Below are positions 46,548 to 54,349 of a stretch of 60,152 bases of DNA, in pieces. The notes beneath the pieces were generated by a model. That model saw nothing but the letters and a program-made list of their open reading frames with translations. It made no database searches and was not told where the DNA came from. The first letter of the stretch is position 1. Each line of letters starts with the position of its first letter. The translations under genes were made by a program, and so were the position numbers. The DNA is from an uncultured Dehalococcoidales bacterium (GTDB taxonomy: Bacteria > Chloroflexota > Dehalococcoidia > GIF9 > AB-539-J10). The DNA lies in NCBI GenBank assembly GCA_964652095.1, contig CAZZAC010000002.1, forward strand, positions 1-60,152, read 5' to 3'.

Positions 46548-48041
46548 ATGAATCTCAAGCAGATGCTAGAAAGAACTGCCAGCGAGGTGCCACAGAATAT
46601 GGCTATCGTCCTTGGCTCTCGCAGGGTTAGCTACCGCGAATTGGATGAAACTTCTAACAGGATAGCCAACGCCCTTATAAGTCTAGGAACAAAGAAGGGC
46701 GACCACGTAGCCATTCTAATGTCTCGTACCCCTGAGTGGGTCATCAATTGTTTTGGAGTGCTTAAAGCTGGAGCTGTGGGCGTGCTCCTCGATGCCGGAG
46801 CTAAGGCGCCCGAACTTGAGCCTCTACTCCGTGAAACTGATTCCAAAATCCTGATTACCGAAGAAAGATTCTCCCCCATGCTGTCTTCAATTTTGCCCAA
46901 TATCCCCCTGCTGAAACAGGTTCCTGCAATTGGTACAGACCCTTACAATAGGATGGTGGCCAGCAGTTCCCCTGCATCACCCTCTGTCGATATAAAGGAC
47001 GAGGATGAAGCTATCGTTTTTTGCACCCTGGGCGTGCTGGGGAAGAACAAGGGCATAGTGCATACTCACGCGTCGTTCATGTCAATTTTGCCCATAGCGG
47101 TGGCAAAATTTGAACTGGAGAGAGACGATGTTATTTTGGGTATGCTACCTTTTAACAACCTTCTGGGATTTGGATTAGTCATTCTCCTGCCCGTTAAGAC
47201 GGGAGCCACCATAGCAATCCTCCCTCATTTCAGTTCCAAGAATATACTGGAGACTGTAGAGCAGGAAAAGGCAACCATGCTTATAGGCGTCCCGGCTAGC
47301 TTTAATGCCATGGCTATGATAGACGAAGAGACCATTAAGAGCTATGACCTTAGTTCGTTAAGGGCGGTGCTTTCTGCCGGAGCAAAATCCTCAGCCCTTT
47401 TTATGGGGATTCTTGAGAAAAAGTTTGGCTTAACTGCGTGCGAAATATATGGGCTCACGGAGTTGATAATCGTTACTCTGGGTGCTATTCGTGACCGCAA
47501 ATTGGGTACGGCGGGGAAACCCCTGGCTGAGCTCAGAGTGCTGGATAAAAACGGCAAGGAAGTACCCCGGGGCAGCGTAGGGGAAGCTGTTGCCCGAGCC
47601 CCCTGGATGATGAAAGAATATTACAAGTCGCCTGAACTCACGGCCCGGGTCCTCAAAGATGGTTGGTTTCATACTGGCGACCTGGTCAAGTTGGATGAGG
47701 ACGGCTACCTGGAGTTCATAGAAAAGACATCATCTATCATAGTGCCCTCGGGGGGAGTTAAGATTCTCCCCGCGGCAGTTGAAGAAGTTCTCCTGAGGCA
47801 CCCCGCGGTAGCCGAAACAGCCTGTGTCGGTGTCCTTGATGATTACAAAGGGCAAATACCCACAGCTTTTATAGTGCTTAAGGAAGGACAAAGTGCTACG
47901 GTGGACGAAATACGCGATTTTTGTCGCCGGAGCTTATCTGATTATAAAGTGCCCAAGCAAATCAAGTTTGTTGACAGCATGCCTAGAACCGGGTCGGGCC
48001 AAATAGACCGGAGACGACTCAGCGGGACAAAGGAAAGCTGA
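46548..48041 (+). CDS. AMP-dependent synthetase/ligase (acyl-CoA synthetase family)
   Basis: ANL superfamily architecture (YGLTE, GWFHTGD, C-terminal ..YKVPK..). Confidence 0.8.
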   Translation: MNLKQMLERTASEVPQNMAIVLGSRRVSYRELDETSNRIANALISLGTKKGDHVAILMSRTPEWVINCFGVLKAGAVGVLLDAGAKAPELEPLLRETDSKILITEERFSPMLSSILPNIPLLKQVPAIGTDPYNRMVASSSPASPSVDIKDEDEAIVFCTLGVLGKNKGIVHTHASFMSILPIAVAKFELERDDVILGMLPFNNLLGFGLVILLPVKTGATIAILPHFSSKNILETVEQEKATMLIGVPASFNAMAMIDEETIKSYDLSSLRAVLSAGAKSSALFMGILEKKFGLTACEIYGLTELIIVTLGAIRDRKLGTAGKPLAELRVLDKNGKEVPRGSVGEAVARAPWMMKEYYKSPELTARVLKDGWFHTGDLVKLDEDGYLEFIEKTSSIIVPSGGVKILPAAVEEVLLRHPAVAETACVGVLDDYKGQIPTAFIVLKEGQSATVDEIRDFCRRSLSDYKVPKQIKFVDSMPRTGSGQIDRRRLSGTKES

Positions 48042-48089
48042 AAAGAAGAACTAAAACGGCCGATCAGGCTGTTTTGCGGTGTCCAGCAC

Positions 48090-48153
48090 GGTGTTCTGGG
48101 GACATAATACCTGATTTGTAGTAGGCCTAATTGGTATGGTGTCCCTGGAATTC
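48090..48153 (+). repeat. 64-nt hairpin repeat (family 1), copy F
   Basis: ggtgttctggggacataatacctgatttgtagtaggcctaattggtatggtgtccctggaattc. Confidence 0.95.
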
Positions 48154-48346
48154 ACACTAGAGACAGGAAAATGCTACACTATAATAGAATAAAGCTGTAG
48201 GCGGGTGGTACTCGGAACTATCAAATGTCCCATAATTCCGCGAAAAATGCAGCAGTTTTGTGCACTTTGCCTAACCAGTGGCTGCTGTTGAAACCCGTGT
48301 TACGCCATTACTATTAATTGAATATAGACAATAAGGAGACACTGAT

Positions 48347-48832
48347 ATGCCAGAGTTAGGTTTAGGCGTCCCTTTCTGGGTAATCGTTTTAATATGGTTA
48401 GCTAAGGTCGTGTTGCTGGTCTTCATCTCTGCTCTTTTGGCATGGCTCGGAGTCAGAGCGCTGGATGCGATTATCCGTCAGGTCCCTTATCGCGAGCGCA
48501 TAGGCGAGAGCCCGGTGGCTGTCGGGTTGTTCACGGCAGGCTTCTTCATCCTGATTGGTCTTGTTATCCACGGCGCTATTACCGCACTCACTGCGGTCAC
48601 AGCTCCAATAGTGTGGTACATCTTCGACTTCAGGACGTGGGGGTTACTGGCTATGAGCTTTGCGATAAGCTTACTTCTTGGAGTAGCCCTATTCTATATC
48701 GTGGACAAGCTAACGCCCAAAATACCGTTTGCCAGTATTAACGAAAGCCCGGTGGCGGCAGGGCTACATGTCTCTGGTTATCTCATCTTCTTTGGCTTAA
48801 TACTCCATGCGGCACTGACCGGACCATTATGA
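48347..48832 (+). CDS. Small multi-TM membrane protein (DUF350-like, two internal halves)
   Basis: 161 aa with four hydrophobic helices and two similar halves (SPVAVGLFTAGFFILIGLVIHGAI / SPVAAGLHVSGYLIFFGLILHAAL). GGAG RBS is present. The family call is tentative. Confidence 0.5.
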   Translation: MPELGLGVPFWVIVLIWLAKVVLLVFISALLAWLGVRALDAIIRQVPYRERIGESPVAVGLFTAGFFILIGLVIHGAITALTAVTAPIVWYIFDFRTWGLLAMSFAISLLLGVALFYIVDKLTPKIPFASINESPVAAGLHVSGYLIFFGLILHAALTGPL

Positions 48833-49698
48833 AGACAGCTCGGGTTTTACTAAGTTTAATAGTTGTCTTATTAGCTGGGGTGGCGACTGCTGGTTATGCC
48901 TCGGCATTTTCATCTGCAGGTTTGCCCGAGAGAGATGGAGATACTTTTGATGATTGGGAGATATGCAGGACCAGGGCCTTCAGTGAAGACGGCTTTTATC
49001 AAATAACTGAGACAGGGTCTCATGAAATAGCGTTTCGTCCGGTCATAGCCTTCCAGAGCCTGGGGGAAAATGCTGACCTAGCCTACAGCCTGGGTGAGCA
49101 AATTGCCGCCAAATATCCAGACCCGCTACAGAGGGCAGAGGCGGTATTTCATTTTGTCCGTGACAGGGTGGAATATACCCCTGATATAGAGCAAACTGGA
49201 AATGAAGAGTTTGCCCAGAATGCCGACGAGCTGGCGATGACTATTGTCGAGGATGGAAGTGGGGAGGGTGATTGTGAAGATATGACGGTATTACTGGCGG
49301 TTATGTATAAAGCTGCCGGATTTCGCTCAGCTATAGTGCTTCCCTCAGGGCACACTGCGGTATTGGTTTATCTACCTGAATATAACGAGGCAACGGTTTT
49401 CTTTGAGCTGGAAGGTGAGCCAGGATGGATCTGGGCCGAGGCTACTGGCAGAAACAACCCGCTGGGTTGGGCGCCCGAGCAGTATCTTGATATGGAAATA
49501 CCTGCCTATGAAATTTTTGCCGAGATACCTGCCTACGAAATACCTTCCGAAGGAGTAGCTCCATTAACACCACCTCCCGCCGCGGAGATAGCGGTCGCCG
49601 GAATCGCAGGGGGAGTCACCTACCGACCGTATCTTTTTTTCATCGTAATTGGTCTATTGTGGTGTATGTCGTTGTTCGGACGGAAGCGAAGGCGTTGA
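48829..49698 (+). CDS. Secreted/anchored transglutaminase-like cysteine protease-fold protein
   Basis: An N-terminal signal, GEGDCEDMTVLLAVMYKAAGF ... SGHTAVLV (Cys/His of the transglutaminase-like core) and a C-terminal TM helix are present. There is an internal 27-nt-period duplication (EIPAYEI twice, 49495-49541). ATGA overlaps the upstream gene. Confidence 0.6.
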   Translation: MKTARVLLSLIVVLLAGVATAGYASAFSSAGLPERDGDTFDDWEICRTRAFSEDGFYQITETGSHEIAFRPVIAFQSLGENADLAYSLGEQIAAKYPDPLQRAEAVFHFVRDRVEYTPDIEQTGNEEFAQNADELAMTIVEDGSGEGDCEDMTVLLAVMYKAAGFRSAIVLPSGHTAVLVYLPEYNEATVFFELEGEPGWIWAEATGRNNPLGWAPEQYLDMEIPAYEIFAEIPAYEIPSEGVAPLTPPPAAEIAVAGIAGGVTYRPYLFFIVIGLLWCMSLFGRKRRR

Positions 49699-49728
49699 GC
49701 CAAGCCCCTGTATGCGTCGCCAGTGATC

Positions 49729-49798
49729 GGTATTCCGGGGACATAATACCTGATTTGTAGCAGGCCTAATTGGTATGGTGTCCCTGAAATTACCAATT
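49729..49798 (+). repeat. Hairpin repeat (family 1), copy G, variant 3' end (ccctgaaattaccaattc)
   Basis: ggtattccggggacataatacctgatttgtagcaggcctaattggtatggtgtccctgaaattaccaattc. It has the same variant 3' end as copy J. Confidence 0.9.
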
Positions 49799-49809
49799 CC
49801 GAAGACCCT

Positions 49810-49827
49810 GTACTAACGTCTTAGTAC
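49810..49827. promoter_or_regulatory. Perfect palindrome GTACTAA-cgtc-TTAGTAC upstream of the sRNA promoter (operator candidate)
   Basis: The 7-bp arms end 10 nt before the -35 hexamer. The site is identical in the second copy (53884-53901). Confidence 0.35.
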
Positions 49828-49837
49828 GTATGGGGAC

Positions 49838-49867
49838 TTGACAACTGGTCTATATATGTGCTAGTAT
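49838..49867 (+). promoter_or_regulatory. Sigma-70-type promoter with extended -10 (TTGACA-N18-TGcTAGTAT)
   Basis: TTGACA at 49838-49843, TG at 49859-49860 and TAGTAT at 49862-49867. The region is 100% identical in copy 2. Confidence 0.5.
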
Positions 49868-49873
49868 TAACAT

Positions 49874-50024
49874 TGTCCCGAGTAGCCGAGCAGGGACCTG
49901 GCATGAGAGTTGGGTTTGGTGAAAGCTGAAAGGTGCAGGTAGTGGCCAGCACAAGGTAAGCTGAAGGCCAGGCCGGACTATGGCAGGTGAAGAAAGTGAG
50001 GTTACTCGGGGCGTCTTATTTTTT
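49874..50024 (+). ncRNA. Candidate structured sRNA of about 150 nt, copy 1, family unknown
   Basis: It starts about 7 nt after the -10 hexamer. A 13-bp closing helix forms between GUCCCGAGUAGCC (49875-49887) and GGUUACUCGGGGC (50000-50012), followed by GUCUUAUUUUUU. There is no conserved ORF and no downstream + strand gene. Confidence 0.45.
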
Positions 50025-50060
50025 GCTGGCTAAGCGTCCTTGTCACAGTTTGAAATGACC

Positions 50061-50100
50061 CAATAAATAGGCTTGATACTTGCGTGGATATCAGCCTATT
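50061..50100 (-). terminator. Hairpin plus U-rich tail on the minus strand, downstream of the NAD(P)H-binding gene
   Basis: The minus strand reads AAUAGGCUGAUA-UCCACGCAAG-UAUCAAGCCUAUU followed by UAUUGGG. Confidence 0.4.
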
Positions 50101-50148
50101 CAAGTTTGACTCTTAACCAAAGTTCACCATCTACGCCTTTGATTTCGT

Positions 50149-50212
50149 GGTATTCTGGGGACATAATACCTGATTTGTAGTAGGCCTAATTGGGACGGTG
50201 TCCCTGGAATTC
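50149..50212 (+). repeat. 64-nt hairpin repeat (family 1), copy H
   Basis: ggtattctggggacataatacctgatttgtagtaggcctaattgggacggtgtccctggaattc. Its last 2 nt are part of the TGA stop of the 50211-50852 gene. Confidence 0.95.
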
Positions 50213-50852
50213 AGTAAGCGACAGTGAATCGTTCGCGAATGTGTTGCGGATGCTCAAGTTCATCGAGCATGGCAACGGCGTAGTCCTGCGTGGAGATTTT
50301 GCTTTCGCCTTCTTTGTTCTTAAGAAGTTGGTCTTTCCCAACCCGGTAATGCCCCGTCCGCTCTCCGGGGGCGATCGAGGATGGTGGACACAAGAATGTC
50401 CACTCAAGTTCATTTTCTTTCTTTAGCATGTAAAGTGTTTCCCTGGTTGCCAGTACTCCTTTTTTCACCTGCTCCGGGAAACTCACCGTATCAATGAGCT
50501 GCACGCCGGGGGCGACTTCAAGAGTTCCAGCCCCGCCGACAACCAGCAATCTTTTGATTCCCGACTTCTTGACCCCGCTGATAATCGCCTTATAACCCTT
50601 GATTTGCTCATTGTAGATATCTGGATTGCTCCAGCCGGGATTGTAGGCACTCATGACCGCGTCATGACCTTTCACGAGTTCGTCGACCTTATCTTTAAGA
50701 ATGTCCGCTTTCACAACGGTAAGACGTGGGTTCTGCACAGTTATCTTCTCAGGATGGCGCACAATCGCAGTTACCTGATGACCCCGCGCCAGTGCTTCAT
50801 CGCGAATGAATGCTCCAATCTGTCCGCTTGCTCCGATGATTGCTACTCTCAT
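50211..50852 (-). CDS. NAD(P)H-binding (NmrA/atypical SDR-like) protein
   Basis: MRVAIIGASGQIG is a Rossmann motif. 213 aa. Confidence 0.75.
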   Translation of the reverse strand: MRVAIIGASGQIGAFIRDEALARGHQVTAIVRHPEKITVQNPRLTVVKADILKDKVDELVKGHDAVMSAYNPGWSNPDIYNEQIKGYKAIISGVKKSGIKRLLVVGGAGTLEVAPGVQLIDTVSFPEQVKKGVLATRETLYMLKKENELEWTFLCPPSSIAPGERTGHYRVGKDQLLKNKEGESKISTQDYAVAMLDELEHPQHIRERFTVAY

Positions 50853-50915
50853 AAATGTAACCTCCCTTTATGCTTTCAAAGTTATTTCCCATCCCTCGCT
50901 TCTGGTGCTTCGCCC

Positions 50916-51560
50916 TTAGGTCAGACTGAAGAGAGGATACCGATCCGTTGTCAACAAAAAAGCGTATGCAGCTACTCTCAGCGACCATTGGTATACACCA
51001 GCTATGAAGTCAAATAAACCTCTAGGATAGCGACCAGTAAACAAGATGGCAAACCAGGCTATCACCACGCAGACGAAGGCTGCAATCCCCAAGAAGGCCA
51101 GGATGATGTAGTGTGGGATAGCTAGAAACCATTTCACTAGTGGTAACCAACGGTTAAGGTCTTTCGGGACGTCTGGATATGGGATCTCAAGGTGAACCGC
51201 CTGCTCTTCGTCAGTTGACGGGTATACATCTGTAAGCAGACTAATATAAGTGGCAACACGTATGCCGAACTTGGTCAATGCTATATTCCAATCAAACCAC
51301 CACTTGGGATACTTTTGCCGGAAAAGGATCATGAGTACGATTGGCAGAAACAAGGTACCTCCCGCAGTATATAGCCAGGTCCAACCATTCATTCCACTCC
51401 AATCAAAGTTCCCACCACTTACCAAGACCAGAATAATAGCGATTGGAATTACTGTGAAGATCCTGAAGAACGTGGTTAACCGATTAAGAGATCTGTCCGG
51501 GTAATCGATTGTTAAAGTGGCGGGATACGCGGGCGGGGTCGGCGACGCTTTTGTTGTCAT
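50916..51560 (-). CDS. DUF4389 domain-containing membrane protein
   Basis: LNRLTTFFRIFTVIPIAII and AWFAILFTGRYPRGLFDF are characteristic of the family. Confidence 0.7.
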   Translation of the reverse strand: MTTKASPTPPAYPATLTIDYPDRSLNRLTTFFRIFTVIPIAIILVLVSGGNFDWSGMNGWTWLYTAGGTLFLPIVLMILFRQKYPKWWFDWNIALTKFGIRVATYISLLTDVYPSTDEEQAVHLEIPYPDVPKDLNRWLPLVKWFLAIPHYIILAFLGIAAFVCVVIAWFAILFTGRYPRGLFDFIAGVYQWSLRVAAYAFLLTTDRYPLFSLT

Positions 51561-51642
51561 TGTTATTGATACCTCCCTTTATGTTTTGGCCTATAATGTG
51601 TTCACTTTCTAATTTAAGCATGCCCTATAATTTGTTGCAAGG

Positions 51643-51706
51643 GGTATTCTGGGGACATAATACCTGATTTGTAGTAGGCCTAATTGGTACGGTATCCCTG
51701 GAATTC
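51643..51706 (+). repeat. 64-nt hairpin repeat (family 1), copy I
   Basis: ggtattctggggacataatacctgatttgtagtaggcctaattggtacggtatccctggaattc. Its 3' 27 nt encode the last 8 codons and the stop of the 5'-nucleotidase ORF on the opposite strand. Confidence 0.95.
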
Positions 51707-53710
51707 TTTGTACTTTCTCCTACGGAGGAGCAGGAATACTATTCCCGCCGCAGTAACTGCCAGTATTAAGATAAGCCACCCTACCAGGGGGAAAGTCCAG
51801 GTTTTGTTGATGCGCCCGGCAACAGCTTCATAATAATCGGGTATCCGGGGTATTCCATCTACTCCCGGCAGCTGGGCCGCGGCGTAAATCACCACCGCCT
51901 CCCAAACTTTGAGCTCTTTTCCGTCGGCATTATGCACTATCAATTCGCCCAATCTTTCCAGCGGTACCGGCTCTCCATCGGCATTTTTAGGGACTATCTC
52001 CAGCTGGGGCAGCATGTCTGTCACCAAGGGGAGGAAGAGGAGGATGTAGGCGTCGGTAACCAGGTGGTACAACTTTTCATCTCCGCGCTTTAAGGGGACA
52101 TACCCTTCACCGTTTACAGGTTGAATCCCATCACCCGTGTAAAGCTCTGCTCTAGTAACCGCACGGGTCGTGGGAATAGGCAGGTTTACAAAAGGTATGG
52201 TCAAGAGCACTGCATTGGCGGGGTTGTAGCTGTACCGCAGGCCGGAGAACTGTAGAAAGAAAGAATCTCCCACAAACTCCTGCAGCAGTATGGTTACCTC
52301 CAGCAGACGGCGCACTTCTTCGCCGGTGAGATAGACAGACGCAATGGGACAACCTGCGTAGCCGTCGCGTCCGTGTCCCATGCCTGTAGCTTCGACAATC
52401 TCATAAAAGGAAACGTTTCCTGCAGAGTGTTCCATGGTGCCAGGAAAGATGCTTGTCCGGATGCAGCCGCTAGCCTGACATGCTACGTCGACCCTCTTGC
52501 CGATGACCTCCTGGGCAACCATGCGCATGGCGTCGGTAACGAAGTTGCCGAGCGGAGTTTCACTCAAGGGCAGCTGGTTGGACAGGATAAAGTCAGACCT
52601 GGCTACCGTACTCATGATATCGTCGAATTTGCCGCCGGTCATTTCATCGATGTACGCATTCAAGATGAGGGTATATTCCCGGACCAGGGCATCGATTTCC
52701 GGATGGCAGGCAAAGCTGTCGTCAATGGGAATAAGAAAGGGGCGGTCGTTTTCTTCGTTGCGCACCCGTACCTTGCCGGTGTTGGAGTTGTACGCCAGTT
52801 CAAGTTGCCCCAGGTACCTTCCCAGGGAACCAGCCTGGACAATGATGGTAGCGCCCTGTAAGACTGGCTTATATAGGGCGGTCTCACTGTGGCCGCCTAC
52901 GATTACGTCGATACCCGGGACCTCTCGTGCCAGTTCCCGGTCCTCATCCACGCCAGAGTGAGTTATGCCCACGATGACATTTGCACCCTGTTCTTTCAGC
53001 TCATCTACCGCCTGGCGGGCCGCCTCGTGCTGGTCCAGGAACTGCACGTCCCCGGTTTCACCGATTACCAGGATGGCGTCTTTACCTATAAGGCCGAAAA
53101 CTCCTACTTTCAGGCCGTTTTCCAGCTCAAACATCCCGGCCTTTCTGTAGAGACCCCGGGCAGCCAGCGGATGGGCTGGTGGCGCCTCCGTGTTGGAGGC
53201 CAGTACCAATGTTTTTTGGTGGGCTTCGGGGTATCCGGCCTGTAAAAGGTATTGCGCCAGGACGTCAGGGCCGTAATCGTACTCATGGTTGCCGATGACT
53301 ACGGCGTCATATCCCATCTCCTGCATTATGGTAAGCTCTGCGGCGTAACCACGGAGGGCCAGCCAAGCGAAAGCAGAGCCTCCCAGGAAATCACCGGCGT
53401 CAAAAAGAAGGACCGGCTCACCTTCCTTCATTTTGTTCTCTCGGATTTCGTCCACGGCGGTAGCCAGACGAGCGAACCCTCCTATAGCAGGGTCTTCTTT
53501 TTCGGGGTCGTAGTCTACTGCCGGCGAATGGGGTATCAGCGCGGACTGCATATCGTTGGTATGGAGTATACAGAAATACAGCTCTTCGGTTTCACCTGCG
53601 TAACTTTTCAAATTTCCCGGAATGCCCAGGAATGAGGCGACTACCAGGATGGTTATCAGAATACAGAACAACCCTTTGTTTGCCCTGAAAAGGCTGTTTC
53701 TGTTACACAT
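51680..53710 (-). CDS. Bifunctional metallophosphatase / 5'-nucleotidase with C-terminal membrane anchor
   Basis: Calcineurin-like motifs (HTNDMQS, GDFLGGS, GNHEYD, GGHSE), a 5'-nucleotidase C-terminal domain, a signal peptide and a C-terminal TM helix are present. The tail EFQGYRTN* is encoded by repeat I. Confidence 0.8.
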   Translation of the reverse strand: MCNRNSLFRANKGLFCILITILVVASFLGIPGNLKSYAGETEELYFCILHTNDMQSALIPHSPAVDYDPEKEDPAIGGFARLATAVDEIRENKMKEGEPVLLFDAGDFLGGSAFAWLALRGYAAELTIMQEMGYDAVVIGNHEYDYGPDVLAQYLLQAGYPEAHQKTLVLASNTEAPPAHPLAARGLYRKAGMFELENGLKVGVFGLIGKDAILVIGETGDVQFLDQHEAARQAVDELKEQGANVIVGITHSGVDEDRELAREVPGIDVIVGGHSETALYKPVLQGATIIVQAGSLGRYLGQLELAYNSNTGKVRVRNEENDRPFLIPIDDSFACHPEIDALVREYTLILNAYIDEMTGGKFDDIMSTVARSDFILSNQLPLSETPLGNFVTDAMRMVAQEVIGKRVDVACQASGCIRTSIFPGTMEHSAGNVSFYEIVEATGMGHGRDGYAGCPIASVYLTGEEVRRLLEVTILLQEFVGDSFFLQFSGLRYSYNPANAVLLTIPFVNLPIPTTRAVTRAELYTGDGIQPVNGEGYVPLKRGDEKLYHLVTDAYILLFLPLVTDMLPQLEIVPKNADGEPVPLERLGELIVHNADGKELKVWEAVVIYAAAQLPGVDGIPRIPDYYEAVAGRINKTWTFPLVGWLILILAVTAAGIVFLLLRRRKYKEFQGYRTN

Positions 53711-53803
53711 TAACGATTACCCTTCTCCTTAAGACAGTACAAGCCCGGTCGACAACCAGCGTCTTAAAGGAAAAACTACTGAATGATATCATAGACTACA
53801 CCT

Positions 53804-53873
53804 GGTATTCTGGGACATAATACCTGATTTGTAGTAGGCCTGATTGGTATGGTGTCCCTGAAATTACCAATTC
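53804..53873 (+). repeat. Hairpin repeat (family 1), copy J, variant 3' end
   Basis: ggtattctgggacataatacctgatttgtagtaggcctgattggtatggtgtccctgaaattaccaattc, with a 1-nt deletion in the 5' arm. Confidence 0.9.
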
Positions 53874-53883
53874 CGAAGACCCT

Positions 53884-53901
53884 GTACTAACGTCTTAGTA
53901 C
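53884..53901. promoter_or_regulatory. Palindrome GTACTAA-cgtc-TTAGTAC (operator candidate), copy 2
   Basis: Identical to 49810-49827. Confidence 0.35.
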
Positions 53902-53911
53902 GTATGGGGAC

Positions 53912-53941
53912 TTGACAACTGGTCTATATATGTGCTAGTAT
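53912..53941 (+). promoter_or_regulatory. Promoter with extended -10, copy 2
   Basis: Identical to 49838-49867. Confidence 0.5.
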
Positions 53942-53947
53942 TAACAT

Positions 53948-54098
53948 TGTCCCGAGTAGCCGAGCAGGAACCTGGCATAAGAGTTGGGTTTGGTGGAAGC
54001 TTAAAGGTGCAGGTAGTGGCCAGCACAAGGTAAGCTGAGGGCCAGGCCGGACGATAGCAGGTGAAGTAAGTGAGGTTACTCGGGGCGTCTGATTTTTT
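53948..54098 (+). ncRNA. Candidate structured sRNA, copy 2
   Basis: It differs from copy 1 by 9 substitutions, all outside the three helices I propose. The closing helix and U-tract are the same. Confidence 0.45.
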
Positions 54099-54134
54099 GC
54101 TGGCTAAGCATCCCTGTCGCAGCTTGAAATGACC

Positions 54135-54174
54135 CAATAAATAGGCTTGATACTTGCGTGGATATCAGCCTATT
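54135..54174 (-). terminator. Minus-strand hairpin plus U-rich tail downstream of the Lpd-like gene
   Basis: Identical to the hairpin at 50061-50100. Confidence 0.4.
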
Positions 54175-54222
54175 CAAGTTTGACTCTTAACCACAGTTCA
54201 CCATCTACGCCTTTGATTCCGT

Positions 54223-54286
54223 GGTATTCTGGGGATATAATACCTGATTTGTAGTAGGCCTAATTGATATGGTGTCCCTGGAATTC
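54223..54286 (+). repeat. 64-nt hairpin repeat (family 1), copy K
   Basis: ggtattctggggatataatacctgatttgtagtaggcctaattgatatggtgtccctggaattc. Confidence 0.95.
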
Positions 54287-54349
54287 TGATGATAACCAAA
54301 TCATATGCATCTTTCATTGACCACCTCCAAGACCCATTATATTGCGAAT

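Larger units (their letters stand above)
49729..50212 (+). repeat. 484-bp composite unit, copy 1 (repeat G, promoter, candidate sRNA, terminator, repeat H)
   Basis: Aligns end to end with 53804-54286 with about 15 substitutions and 1 indel. Similarity stops exactly at the outer ends of the flanking 64-nt repeats. Confidence 0.95.
53804..54286 (+). repeat. 483-bp composite unit, copy 2 (repeat J, promoter, candidate sRNA, terminator, repeat K)
   Basis: Direct repeat of 49729-50212, offset about 4074-4075 nt. Confidence 0.95.

Noticed and set aside
49874-50024. The duplicated RNA as SRP RNA, 6S RNA, tmRNA or a cobalamin/TPP riboswitch.
   Set aside because: There is a superficial resemblance only (GCCAGGCCGG, GGUGAAAG). 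I could not find the SRP domain IV GGAA/AGCA loops, a B12 box, or a 6S-like central bubble of suitable size. There is also no downstream gene for a riboswitch. It is left as family unknown.
53895-54137. An 80-aa minus-strand ORF inside composite unit copy 2 as a real gene.
   Set aside because: The equivalent ORF is not intact in copy 1, where no ORF of 60 aa or more is listed. The sequence is low-complexity, no RBS is evident, and it lies antisense to the better-supported RNA.
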